From Candidatus Subterrananammoxibius californiae (lineage in GTDB: Bacteria; Planctomycetota; Brocadiia; Brocadiales; Subterrananammoxibiaceae): a stretch of 64,000 bases of DNA. The notes under the pieces were generated by a model that saw only the letters and a list, made by a program, of their open reading frames with translations, searched no databases and was not told the origin of the DNA. Positions 35,442-44,943 of the stretch are shown here, in pieces; positions within the stretch are counted from its first letter, which is position 1; every line of letters starts with the position of its first letter. Position numbers and translations under genes: made by a program. The stretch covers positions 37,800 to 101,799 of the forward strand of contig JAURAC010000004.1 in assembly GCA_030586555.1 (NCBI GenBank), read 5' to 3'.

Positions 35442-37121
35442 TTACTTTACAATCTCCCAAAAGACTTCGTCTTCAATTATGCAGAAAAAGATTTTTCCGT
35501 ATTGTGAGAAGAATGCGCGTAATTCATGGCGATTGGGATGTGGATATTCCGTTTCACTCCACCTTGACTCTGGCACATCTTTTTCGGTTATTAATCTATT
35601 ATGAATGAAGATTCTACCTCCATTGTCCCGGCATTTTTTTATTGCTCTGTTCAATCTTTCATCCCATCCAGTAGAGCCGTTTAAAACTATATCTAAATTT
35701 AAATGGATGCAATTTCGGTGGGCATAAAGTAGAAATTTATTTACACTCCCCACGTCTTGGCCCCACACTATAACCAGGTCGTTGGGATTCGTTTTCTGTC
35801 CAAGCGATTTTGCTATTTTCCAATCTTTATCGTTGGCAATATTACGTTCCGACACGAAAAATTCTGAAAAATTACAAGTGAATAATACTACAGGTATGAC
35901 AATGAAAATTGTTTTTGTAAGCCTCAAAGGTTGCAGTGAGACATTAATGTGTGATATAGTAACGGCTATAACCAATATCGCTGCTGGAAGGGCAGGTAAC
36001 ATTCTTTCTAAAGCTGCACCGTCAAAGACCATGCCAAAACAGAAAAATGATAATATCCATACACCAAGGATTAAAAGTGCAATTTTTAAGTCCTTCTTTA
36101 CCGTTTTCCACCTCATAATCAGGTATGATACACTTAAAAGACAAGCCGTCCATACTGCAAGAAATTTACCCGTTTGAAGGATAAGATTTGTTCCTGTCAT
36201 GCCTAAGGCAGATTCGCCATGGCGAACAAGGTTGAAACCGCCTGTAATCCACCCCCTAACAGTTGACCCCATGTCAGGTATTGCTACAAATGCGTTTGCT
36301 ACTCCATAAAGTGCTCTAAGGAAATTCAAAACACTTACCTGTATGGGACTACCTTGTGACGTTGACTTCAGAGCGATTAATAAATCACCGTAACTTTTGC
36401 ATTCATTAATAAATATGACCACAAGGAGTAAAGGTATAATTAAAAATAAGAGAAGTCCAAGAGAATAAATAAAGGTTAATGTAAATCTTTTGCTATAATT
36501 CAAGTGTTGTGGGATTAGTATGATTCCAATTACAATTGCCGGAAAGCATAGAACCACAGGTAGCCAGAAGAGGGCTGATAGGGCGCTAATTAAAGCAATT
36601 GCAAGGACAAATAAAAGCTTTTGCCGATGTTCCGAGAATTCCTGTAATTTAAATAGAAGTATGAATGCAAAAATCATAAGAAAAGTAGAAGGAATATATG
36701 CGCTGCCAGTTCCAGAATAAGCCCAATAGCTATGTGAGAAAGCCAACATTGATGCTGAAAATAAGGCTACCCTTGTATCCTTTAAAAGGTTATAGACCAA
36801 ACAAAAGAAGGCGCTTACACCAATTGCCCCAAAAAAGGCGCTTTCAAATTGCAAGATGGTTACAGCGCGCCCTGTATAGCCAAAGACCTGGAAAAACTTA
36901 TAAATTAGCCAACCCAATGGTCTATGAAACAGGTGCCATTGTTCAGCCCCCTTTATTGCACGTCCTGTTTCTATATCGTTAGCGTAAAAGAATTGGTCGC
37001 CAAGTCTGAAATTAAAAGATTGGGTATAAAGTATAAAGAAAATAACGAACATGCTTAAGGGATAAATGAACTGAGGGGTGGAATGTCTTTCAATAAATTC
37101 AAACAAATTATTTTTATTCAT
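35442..37121 (-). CDS. Large polytopic membrane protein, possibly a GT-C-type glycosyltransferase (tentative)
   Basis: 559 aa with about 12 hydrophobic segments followed by a ~130-aa soluble C-terminal domain. Architecture resembles ArnT/PMT-like enzymes. I recognise no unambiguous motif. Confidence 0.5.
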   Translation of the reverse strand: MNKNNLFEFIERHSTPQFIYPLSMFVIFFILYTQSFNFRLGDQFFYANDIETGRAIKGAEQWHLFHRPLGWLIYKFFQVFGYTGRAVTILQFESAFFGAIGVSAFFCLVYNLLKDTRVALFSASMLAFSHSYWAYSGTGSAYIPSTFLMIFAFILLFKLQEFSEHRQKLLFVLAIALISALSALFWLPVVLCFPAIVIGIILIPQHLNYSKRFTLTFIYSLGLLLFLIIPLLLVVIFINECKSYGDLLIALKSTSQGSPIQVSVLNFLRALYGVANAFVAIPDMGSTVRGWITGGFNLVRHGESALGMTGTNLILQTGKFLAVWTACLLSVSYLIMRWKTVKKDLKIALLILGVWILSFFCFGMVFDGAALERMLPALPAAILVIAVTISHINVSLQPLRLTKTIFIVIPVVLFTCNFSEFFVSERNIANDKDWKIAKSLGQKTNPNDLVIVWGQDVGSVNKFLLYAHRNCIHLNLDIVLNGSTGWDERLNRAIKKCRDNGGRIFIHNRLITEKDVPESRWSETEYPHPNRHELRAFFSQYGKIFFCIIEDEVFWEIVK

Positions 37122-38890
37122 GGAAGATTGCTGTGTTCTATTTTAAGTAGCAGGTTTCCTTCTACCTGCAAAATTTCCTTAAAGTTTAACACATGAAAGA
37201 CCTCTAACTCTCTTAGATTCTGTAGGAACGGCTTTTTGTTGCTTTCTATAAGAACATATCTTACATTTTCTTTTTGAATCGTATCTATAATATCTTGCGT
37301 TGCAGGGACTTTTGGGAATTGGACACAACTCCTTTCAGAAAACACGCCGAAAACAACCGGGCCGTCACACATTACAACGTCATCTTTATTGGAATTTTGC
37401 CTCAGCCATTGTCCCATTTCTTGAAAGTATAGCTTACCAACGGTTCTCAGTCCGTAGTCCTGATGTTTAAGATATGTGCGATAGGCTATCATTGACAGGC
37501 TGTGGAAAATAAGGATGGCAAACGCAATTTTCAATATTCGTGACTCGTAACCCGTAACTCGTGGCTCATAAAAGGCAAAAATAAAACTTGTCGTTAACAC
37601 GAAGAAATAAAATATAACAAACACAAAGGTTACTATCATTTGATAATATCCCATTAATCCACCCTCGTAATATTGTGTTTCTGATAGCGGGATATAGACA
37701 AGAAAGAAGCCACAAAATAAGAGTGAAAAAAATATAGCCTTCCACCAACTACTGCTCCCCCCTCTGGATAAAAGGTTTTCTTTGATTAATGATAAGGTCT
37801 TTAAAAGATAGAAAAAGACAAGCGGGGCAACAGGATACCAAAATCTTACATAATCATAAGGCCAGAGAAGATGAATTCCAATATAGAAGGCTAAATACCA
37901 CTCAACAACGGTACTCTTTTTTATAAGGCTATATAAAAATCCTATAACAAATAGTAAAGATATAAGGTACCCCCAGAACCGTAAGCTATGTGGAAACTTT
38001 GGAATGCTTGTAACGAGTGAGGCTATATGCGTTGTATTGTTGATAAGATTGCGTTTTATTACAGTAAAGGTATATGATGAGAGGGGTTGTCCAACTTCTT
38101 TATCCGTTATTGCCCTTTGAGCGAACTCTTGTTCATAGCTCCACGAAGCTTCTAAATTTTCAAGTAACTTTCCTCTGACGTACCAGGCTCCGATAGCAAT
38201 GCCACAAATAATCAGTATCGTACCCAAACGCTTCAAGGCGTCTTTCTGCCTTTTTATTAATGGCTTGCAAGCAAATATGCAAACTGCCGCTAATAATGCA
38301 ATACCCACTAATCTTGTAAAGTACGCAGCCAATATAAGGACTGAAAGCAGTATAGCATTTCTAATAACATTATTATCCTCTTTTAGACTTTTTTGGGCAA
38401 CAATTAGCGCCAATAAAGAGAAAAGAAGATACGGTATTTCAGAGACAATGATATTACAATTAAAAGACCAGAAAAAATACGATATCCCTGTAAGTAAGAA
38501 GGCTGTATCTGCCAGTTTTCCGTTATAGAAACGTCTTAAAAAAACAAAACAAACAAAGAGGGCAAACACCGCAATCGTAATTAGAAATATTTGAATAATA
38601 AGGAAATTATAACCAAAGATTCCCACAACAGGAGCAAGTAACAATGGAAAACCAAAAGGATACAGGGTATGAGGTATCCCGAGAATCTTGTAACCGTCGA
38701 GTGTTATGAGGGATTTTGCAAGTGTAAGATAGTAAAAAGCGTCAATATTCCAGATTTCACAACCGTTTTTCAATGTGCAAAGGTAAAAAAAGAAGACCGT
38801 TAAACAAAATAACACGGCTTTTCTTTGTGTTAAGATGAAATTGGTTTTTGAATTGTTCATTACATATTCCTCAGACAAACTGTTTCCCAT
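37118..38890 (-). CDS. Large polytopic membrane protein, possibly a GT-C (family 39/83-like) glycosyltransferase (tentative)
   Basis: 590 aa with many TM segments and an acidic first-loop segment (WNIDAFYY). The soluble C-terminal domain has a 4-nt overlap with the downstream gene. Confidence 0.5.
   Translation of the reverse strand: MGNSLSEEYVMNNSKTNFILTQRKAVLFCLTVFFFYLCTLKNGCEIWNIDAFYYLTLAKSLITLDGYKILGIPHTLYPFGFPLLLAPVVGIFGYNFLIIQIFLITIAVFALFVCFVFLRRFYNGKLADTAFLLTGISYFFWSFNCNIIVSEIPYLLFSLLALIVAQKSLKEDNNVIRNAILLSVLILAAYFTRLVGIALLAAVCIFACKPLIKRQKDALKRLGTILIICGIAIGAWYVRGKLLENLEASWSYEQEFAQRAITDKEVGQPLSSYTFTVIKRNLINNTTHIASLVTSIPKFPHSLRFWGYLISLLFVIGFLYSLIKKSTVVEWYLAFYIGIHLLWPYDYVRFWYPVAPLVFFYLLKTLSLIKENLLSRGGSSSWWKAIFFSLLFCGFFLVYIPLSETQYYEGGLMGYYQMIVTFVFVIFYFFVLTTSFIFAFYEPRVTGYESRILKIAFAILIFHSLSMIAYRTYLKHQDYGLRTVGKLYFQEMGQWLRQNSNKDDVVMCDGPVVFGVFSERSCVQFPKVPATQDIIDTIQKENVRYVLIESNKKPFLQNLRELEVFHVLNFKEILQVEGNLLLKIEHSNLP
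37538..37565. repeat. Heptamer tandem repeat, 4 copies (tcgtgac tcgtaac ccgtaac tcgtggc), inside a membrane protein CDS
   Basis: Read directly. Encodes ...EPRVTGYESR... in 37118..38890. Confidence 0.85.
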
Positions 38891-38955
38891 TTATTGGGGC
38901 ATTATATCCCTATGCTCCTTCAACGGTCAAGTCATAATCATCTCTTAAAAAAGCT

Positions 38956-38984
38956 TTGACAAAAGTGAGCCATTTCATTACTAT
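38956..38984 (+). promoter_or_regulatory. Sigma-70-type promoter candidate for pyrE
   Basis: TTGACA (38956-38961), a 17-nt spacer, then TACTAT (38979-38984). The predicted start site is only ~5 nt before the ATG at 38996. Confidence 0.4.
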
Positions 38985-38995
38985 TACAATGAGAT

Positions 38996-39556
38996 ATGAA
39001 TATAGATACAAAGAAATTGCGATTAAGACTTCTCGAAATCCTAAAAGAGAAGTCTTTAATGTTCGGGGATTTTAAATTATCATCTGGCTTACGAAGCAAT
39101 TACTACATAGATGGCAAGAAGACAACGCTTGACCCTGAAGGACTATATTTGATAGCAGAAATTATCCTTGAAATGATTAAGGACGACAGAGCAGATGCTA
39201 TTGGAGGCCCAACCCTCGGCGCCGATTCAATAGTTGGCGCTGTTACCTCTTTAAGTTTTCAGAAAAATTGTCCTGTAAAGGGCTTTATCGTAAGAAAGGA
39301 AGCAAAAGGGCACGGCACGGGAAATAAAATAGAAGGGGTATTAGAAAAGGGCTCAAGGGTAGTTATCGTAGAGGATGTCGTCACCACTGGAGAGTCTATT
39401 ATTAAAGCGATTAATGCAGTAAAAGAGTTGGAATGTAATGTGGTGAGGATTATCTCTATTGTAGATAGGGAGCAAGGCGCAAGGCAAAGATTCGCGGTAA
39501 TGGGTTTTACCTACACCCCCATATTTAAACTCACTGATTTAGGCTTATCCCAATGA
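38996..39556 (+). CDS. pyrE: Orotate phosphoribosyltransferase
   Basis: FGDFKLSSGLRSNYYIDGK and VVIVEDVVTTGESI (PRPP-binding) motifs, 186 aa. Confidence 0.9.
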   Translation: MNIDTKKLRLRLLEILKEKSLMFGDFKLSSGLRSNYYIDGKKTTLDPEGLYLIAEIILEMIKDDRADAIGGPTLGADSIVGAVTSLSFQKNCPVKGFIVRKEAKGHGTGNKIEGVLEKGSRVVIVEDVVTTGESIIKAINAVKELECNVVRIISIVDREQGARQRFAVMGFTYTPIFKLTDLGLSQ

Positions 39557-39578
39557 CCTTATTTTGAAAAATTATTTC

Positions 39579-39630
39579 ATCACCTCCCCTTTATCCCCTC
39601 CTTACGAAGGAGGGGACTGAGGGGTGGTTA
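39579..39630. terminator. GC-rich extended hairpin between convergent pyrE and the RM gene (likely bidirectional terminator / REP-like element)
   Basis: atcacctcccctttaTCCCCTCCttacgaaGGAGGGGActgaggggtggtta has an 8-bp GC core stem and weaker outer pairing. Related copy at 15966..16002. Confidence 0.5.
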
Positions 39631-39634
39631 CCCT

Positions 39635-42592
39635 TTATCCTTCTATAATCTCCCTCTCCTTCTCCGTTATCCCGTACAATTCATAGACCAGCTCGTCAAT
39701 CCTTTCATCCGCCACAGCAATCTCACTCTCAACAGCCTCCCGCTCCGATGATGCGGGCAAGGCTTGCTTCTTCCTGTTCAGCTCCAGCATGCGTTCAACC
39801 AATCCAACCAATCTGTCATGCATAGCTCTTTCCTTCAGGTCGTCAAAATTAATGGTGCGGATGGGGAGTTTCCCCAAATATTCAAATATAAGTTGATACC
39901 CATTTTGAATTTGTGTACAAAAATTGGAAATTAAAAGCCATCCAAGCATTGAATTTAGTATCCCTAATAGGTATTTATCATCCTTGGGCATAATCCAAAC
40001 GGCATTGTTTGCATATGTTCCAGCCGAATCAAAGGTAAACGCAGGTTTTACTTGGAAAACCAAGTACATTATCTTCGGCTTTTCGAATTCAGCATAGTAA
40101 TCAATAGCATCCTGTATTTCATACCATTGGTAGGAGCCTGGCTTTCTTCCTTTCCAATCGTCGCCTTGCCAGTCCTTTGGCTTTGGCATAAGCTTTTCTT
40201 TAAATTGCTTCAAATGCCTTTCAATCGCAGGATACATTTTTATATTAACGCCACGCCGAGTAAATATAAGGTATTTATTGCTTTGATGCGGTTGATAACG
40301 CTTAATGTCCCGTCCTATCAAAAAGGGCTTAATTAATTCTACACTTTTTGGGTCTTCAGCAATCAACCTATTTCGTGTCTCTCGGTCAATAACAAATGCT
40401 TTATTGAATCCCGTAAGAACCCCTCGATATATTTTCCCTTTAACGTAGTCACCCAAAGGAATACCTACTGCTTGCAATTTAGATAATAGTTGTTGTATGC
40501 GTTCATTAGCTAAAGACCAACCTTTAGCACTTAAAGAAGTTTGTTTAACGCTATAACTGTTTGTTTGAACATAAGATTCTAAGTTATCAAAATCAAGTGT
40601 CTTAACCTGAGTAACTTTGAAAATAGACCGCGGAGAATCATTGCGAATTCGGATAATACAAGGATATGTGGTAGCACCTTGAAAAACAGGCAAATCTCCA
40701 AAATCGATTATTTCTTCTATCCGTTTTTGCTTCATCCAATAACGTAATGGTTCGCCATAGTTAGTACGCATCCATTTATTGGCTACAATATAGCTAAAGA
40801 TTCCGCCTGGCTTTAACAGCGACACTCCACGTTCAATAAAATATGAATAAAGATCCGCCATACCATGAAACACATTATATTTTTGTTGAAAGTACTCCTT
40901 AAACGCCTCCAACATTTCTTGCCTTACATAAGGTGGATTCCCTATCACACAATCAAAGCCGCCCTTTGCCATTATCTCACCGAAGCCTACCGATTTGGAG
41001 TTCCAGTCAAATGGGTTTATTCGCTCCCTTTCTTCGTCAGGAAATAGTTTTCCCTGGTCGAAAATGTCGTAGCCTATGAGGGAGTTACCGCACTTGATGT
41101 TGTTTGAAAGGATGGGCAATAAGCCCTGTTTTTGGGGAAGACTGCGTTCACCCTCCAGTTCCTTCAGGTAAAGGCTCATCATGGTAATCTCAACCGCCTG
41201 AGGGTCTATGTCCACCCCAAAGATATTGTTCTTGAGTATGCGTCCTTTCTTAATTATAGATAGCCTGTAGTTATCCTCCGCATCCCTGATTAAATCAGGA
41301 AAGAGAGGATGGGTTTCTGCTTCCTTTGGGTGTTCGCGATAATATTGGATGTGATAGTCAATAAGGTATTGAAACGCACCCAGTAAAAAGGAACCCGAAC
41401 CGCAGGCAGGGTCTAAAAGCCTGAGCTTTTCTATCTGTTTTGGGGTCTTACCTGTTATTAGCTTGCCCACCGTATTTTCAACTATGTACTTTACTATGTA
41501 TTGGGGCGTATAATATACTCCGCCTGCCTTGCGCACCTCGGGCTTTTCTTCAACCTTTACCCTGCCCCCGGGCGTTACCCTTATGGTATTTCCCAGATAC
41601 CGCTCATATATACTGCCGAGGAGTTCTACGCCAATGATGTCAAACAGATAAGGGCTGTTGGGGAAATACAGTTCTTCAATAATATTTGCCAGGCGGTGGG
41701 AATCTACCTCATACTGCTCGCAGGCATGGGGTTTGAAGATGTCTCCATTGAGGTCTGCATTTATCTCCCTGAAGAGGTTATTTAAATGATACTGGATGGG
41801 TCTCCTCTTTCCTTCAGCCTTCCATAGTTCGGTTATCTCAAAGAGGGTTCTTGGCTTTATGATATTCCTATCCTCGGCAATGCGGATAAAAACGATGCGG
41901 TCTAACAAGCGCTGAACTACCTCATTTAATGTCCTTACGCTGATACTACTGTTATGCCTATAAACGTCCTTTGCCAGTTCCTCACGCCAGAGGCTCATAT
42001 CCTGGAGGAATTTCTTATCCACAGGGATGCGCTGTCTCTTGCTACTTGCATCCTTCAAGAGAAGTCTATCCAGTGAACCCTGAGCTACTGCTTCTTTGGA
42101 GAGGAGGAGAAGTTTTTCTATATTATTAAGGTAGTCGGTATATTTGAGGTCAATAATGATGCCCTGAAGCGGATTTCTTTTATCGGGAGGTAGGGAGGCA
42201 TCGAAAAGCTTGAGTTCCTCAAAGTCGGTGAGGACTACGATAAAGACCTCTTTGGTATTCCAGGCATAGGATTTAGCTTGAAGTATATGCTTGACGGTAT
42301 CCAAGGACTCGGAAGGGGCTTTTGCCTCTACGAAGAATTTGCTGATGCCATTCAGTCGGAAGTTATAATCTGGTCTGCCTGTGGTTTCTCCCTTTTCAAC
42401 TAAAACCTCCCGTTCAAAAGGGGATAGTTTTTTCTCGTTTGAGATGTCCCAGTCCAGAGTCTCAAAGAAGGGGTCTATAAAGTCCTGCCTAACTTGGGCT
42501 TCTATGTAGTCTTTAGAAAGGTAATGATGCTTGTCCCTCTCAAATTTTTCTACTAAGTTTTGTATATGTTCTTTGACCTCAGATGTGTTCAT
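39635..42592 (-). CDS. Type IIG/IIL restriction-modification fusion enzyme (PD-(D/E)xK nuclease, gamma-class N6-adenine methyltransferase and TaqI_C-like specificity domain)
   Basis: 985 aa. N-terminal GRPDYNFRL...FVEAKAP (HsdR_N/Mrr-like), LLDPACGSGSFLLGAF (SAM motif I), CVIGNPPYV (motif IV), and GVLTGFNKAFVIDRETR (Eco57I/TaqI C-terminal TRD). Confidence 0.8.
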   Translation of the reverse strand: MNTSEVKEHIQNLVEKFERDKHHYLSKDYIEAQVRQDFIDPFFETLDWDISNEKKLSPFEREVLVEKGETTGRPDYNFRLNGISKFFVEAKAPSESLDTVKHILQAKSYAWNTKEVFIVVLTDFEELKLFDASLPPDKRNPLQGIIIDLKYTDYLNNIEKLLLLSKEAVAQGSLDRLLLKDASSKRQRIPVDKKFLQDMSLWREELAKDVYRHNSSISVRTLNEVVQRLLDRIVFIRIAEDRNIIKPRTLFEITELWKAEGKRRPIQYHLNNLFREINADLNGDIFKPHACEQYEVDSHRLANIIEELYFPNSPYLFDIIGVELLGSIYERYLGNTIRVTPGGRVKVEEKPEVRKAGGVYYTPQYIVKYIVENTVGKLITGKTPKQIEKLRLLDPACGSGSFLLGAFQYLIDYHIQYYREHPKEAETHPLFPDLIRDAEDNYRLSIIKKGRILKNNIFGVDIDPQAVEITMMSLYLKELEGERSLPQKQGLLPILSNNIKCGNSLIGYDIFDQGKLFPDEERERINPFDWNSKSVGFGEIMAKGGFDCVIGNPPYVRQEMLEAFKEYFQQKYNVFHGMADLYSYFIERGVSLLKPGGIFSYIVANKWMRTNYGEPLRYWMKQKRIEEIIDFGDLPVFQGATTYPCIIRIRNDSPRSIFKVTQVKTLDFDNLESYVQTNSYSVKQTSLSAKGWSLANERIQQLLSKLQAVGIPLGDYVKGKIYRGVLTGFNKAFVIDRETRNRLIAEDPKSVELIKPFLIGRDIKRYQPHQSNKYLIFTRRGVNIKMYPAIERHLKQFKEKLMPKPKDWQGDDWKGRKPGSYQWYEIQDAIDYYAEFEKPKIMYLVFQVKPAFTFDSAGTYANNAVWIMPKDDKYLLGILNSMLGWLLISNFCTQIQNGYQLIFEYLGKLPIRTINFDDLKERAMHDRLVGLVERMLELNRKKQALPASSEREAVESEIAVADERIDELVYELYGITEKEREIIEG

Positions 42593-42674
42593 AAAAGTAA
42601 GTTACGCCTTCACAAACCTCTTCCCCGCAAGCTGTTTTAATTTTGACCTTGTGTTTAAGCTATTTAAATCTATC

Positions 42675-43145
42675 CTATGATTCTCCGGATAGGTGTATCA
42701 GTTTTGGCAATGTCTCATCAACAAATGAAGCAGGACTAACTATCTTAATAGATAATCCAGCTTTTCTTAACATCTGTGTGTCGAAATCCTTTATGTTTCC
42801 CGTGATAAGGTAATCTGCATGCCAGGACAAGGCTGATGCCAGGACGGGTGCATCTTTTGCGTTAATCCATTGGGCAATAGTGTCAACACTCTTTCTATTG
42901 GGTAACGGTAATAGCTTTAGTCTTATTGTTGGAAAATACGTCTTAAAGACAGGTAATGCTTTAGGGAGTTTAGTATTAAGATTTCGCTCTATTTCCATCA
43001 TGTTATATTCCCCTGTGGCTCCTGATAGAAATGGCAGCCCCAGGCTCAATATATCAAGTAGAACCCTGGGCGCCCCCTTGTCCGATAAAAGCCCGGAAAG
43101 AATAACATTGGAGTCGAGGAATACCTTAACGTGCCTTCTTTTCAT
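42675..43145 (-). CDS. PIN-domain toxin (VapC-like)
   Basis: VFLDSNVILSGL N-terminal acidic motif, and ...DAPVLASALSWHADYLITGNIKDF, typical of PIN_3. 20-nt overlap with the upstream antitoxin gene. Confidence 0.7.
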   Translation of the reverse strand: MKRRHVKVFLDSNVILSGLLSDKGAPRVLLDILSLGLPFLSGATGEYNMMEIERNLNTKLPKALPVFKTYFPTIRLKLLPLPNRKSVDTIAQWINAKDAPVLASALSWHADYLITGNIKDFDTQMLRKAGLSIKIVSPASFVDETLPKLIHLSGES

Positions 43146-43413
43146 ATATCTCTTTGTAGACGGATTCCCTTGCCCCCTTTAACCCCTTAAATACCTCTTC
43201 AGGCGAAAGTCCGGACTCTTTTAATATTCTGGCTATTTGCCTTCTGGCTTCATCAAGCCGAAGCCTTTTAGGGGTGACAAGTATGGTATCTCCAACGGCT
43301 ATTACAGTAACAGCTTGACCTTCCTCAAGGTGTGTGGCATCACGAATTTGCTTTGGGATTATTATCTGCCCTCTTGGCTTAATCTCTGTAACTACAGGTT
43401 TTAATGTTGACAT
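43126..43413 (-). CDS. AbrB/MazE/SpoVT-type antitoxin
   Basis: IKPRGQIIIPKQIRDATHLEEGQAVTVIAVGDTILVTP is a swapped-hairpin barrel (SpoVT_AbrB) signature. Confidence 0.7.
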   Translation of the reverse strand: MSTLKPVVTEIKPRGQIIIPKQIRDATHLEEGQAVTVIAVGDTILVTPKRLRLDEARRQIARILKESGLSPEEVFKGLKGARESVYKEIYEKKAR

Positions 43414-43535
43414 ACGCCCTCCTTATTCTAATTTCTAAAATTTGTAATCGGAAAAGCCTTTTAGCGATTTAAGTCAATACCTGGGTACTACAAGATGTAT
43501 TATACCAGCAATCTTCCCAAAAAACGCATAATTCT

Positions 43536-44636
43536 TTACGCCTTCACAAACCTCTTTCCCGCAAGCTGTTTTATGAGCTTCTTTATCTCAAGAATCATGA
43601 GTGTGCTTGCAACGTTAGATGGGGATAGACCTGTAACCGCTGTAATTTCATCAATATTCATTGGGTTGCTTGATAAGATAGAGAATATCTTCTTTTCTTG
43701 CTCGTTCAATGCAAGGCTTCTCGGGTCTTCTATACTTTGTCCTTCCGGCGTTCTGAGTGTTTCCGCAAGCGGTCCCAGTTCCTCTATTATGTCATCCACG
43801 CATTCGACAAGTTTTGCACCTTCCTTAATAAGTTTGTGCGTTCCCTTGCTATAAGGGCTATCAATATTGCCAGGGACGGCAAACACCTCTTTCCCCTGCT
43901 CCAGCGCCCATTGCGCTGTAATGCTGGAGCCGCTTCCCAGAGAAGCCTCAACCACTATTACACCCAAGGATAATCCGCTGATTAGTCTATTCCTCGGAGG
44001 AAAATTTCTACCATCCGGCGGGGTTCTCATGGGCAGTTCAGATACGAGCGCTCCATTTTCAGCAATCCTCTCTGCAAGCTCCTTGTGTTCTGGGGGGTAT
44101 ATTGCACTCATGCCATTACCTAACACAGCAATTGTCCTTCCCCCTACCTTTAAGGCGCCTCTATGGGCGGCGGCATCAATACCCCTCGCCAACCCGCTGA
44201 CTATGCAAAAACCCATGCCTGTTAGAGAGGCGCTCATCCTTTCTGCCTGTGATTGCCCATAGTAAGTGCCCCTTCGAGAGCCGACTATTGCAAGGGCAAT
44301 TGCATCTGTTTCTTTCACCGCTCCCTTAATATAAAGGACTACCGGAGGGTCGTAGATAGATTTAAGATTCTGCGGATAATTATTGCTGGTATAAGGGACT
44401 ATCTCAACGCCCATTTCTCTGGCAAGATTTAACTCGGTATCTATGTCAACATTCCTTGAGGCTTGAGTTATTCTTTCTGCCAGTTCTTCTCCTACGCCTT
44501 CAACCTCTCTGAGTTCCCTTTTAGATACGCCAAGGATGGTCTTTGGCGAGCCAAACCTTTCCAATAACCTCTTGTAGGTTATTACGCCAATCCCCTTGGT
44601 CATATTGAGTCGTATGAGGTCTTCGAGTTCTGCCAT
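43536..44636 (-). CDS. dprA: DNA processing protein DprA
   Basis: GIGVITYKRLLERFGSP (SAM/HhH), IVGSRRGTYYG, IVSGLARGIDAAAHRGAL, AVLGNGMSAIYPPEH, and a C-terminal wHTH. ATG at 44636 preferred to the TTG at 44666. Confidence 0.9.
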   Translation of the reverse strand: MAELEDLIRLNMTKGIGVITYKRLLERFGSPKTILGVSKRELREVEGVGEELAERITQASRNVDIDTELNLAREMGVEIVPYTSNNYPQNLKSIYDPPVVLYIKGAVKETDAIALAIVGSRRGTYYGQSQAERMSASLTGMGFCIVSGLARGIDAAAHRGALKVGGRTIAVLGNGMSAIYPPEHKELAERIAENGALVSELPMRTPPDGRNFPPRNRLISGLSLGVIVVEASLGSGSSITAQWALEQGKEVFAVPGNIDSPYSKGTHKLIKEGAKLVECVDDIIEELGPLAETLRTPEGQSIEDPRSLALNEQEKKIFSILSSNPMNIDEITAVTGLSPSNVASTLMILEIKKLIKQLAGKRFVKA

Positions 44637-44727
44637 AGAAGAAACCTTCAGGGAATAAGACAGCAAGACTGCTTGTGCAATGGTAAATTTGGCAAGGAAA
44701 TCGTGCGTATCTAAAGGTCAACACTGA

Positions 44728-44943
44728 TTATGCTAAGGCTTTCTCTTTGCCTTTTAACTCATATAATATACCCTGTGGCTCTGCCACCTGTTCAGAAGCG
44801 TCCATAATCTCAATAGATACAATCTTGCCACTCTTATTATAGTCAATGATTACTCCATCCCTTACCTCATCACTCTCAGAAATTTTCTCGTCTCTAAGGA
44901 TAATGCTTAAAGTATCAGTCTCGGGGTCGAATATTACTTTCAT
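44728..44943 (-). CDS. DUF2283 family small protein (antitoxin-like partner of DUF4258)
   Basis: MKVIFDPETDTLSIILRDEKISESDEVRDGVIIDYNKSGKIVSIEI is the typical DUF2283 sequence. Internal ATG (44943) chosen. Confidence 0.65.
   Translation of the reverse strand: MKVIFDPETDTLSIILRDEKISESDEVRDGVIIDYNKSGKIVSIEIMDASEQVAEPQGILYELKGKEKALA

Noticed and set aside
43495-44262. Plus-strand ORFs inside dprA (43495..43854, 43698..43973, 43867..44262); similarly minus-strand ORFs inside folC (46798..47148, 47164..47673)
   Set aside because: They are antisense to genes with unambiguous conserved motifs, and have no independent signals.
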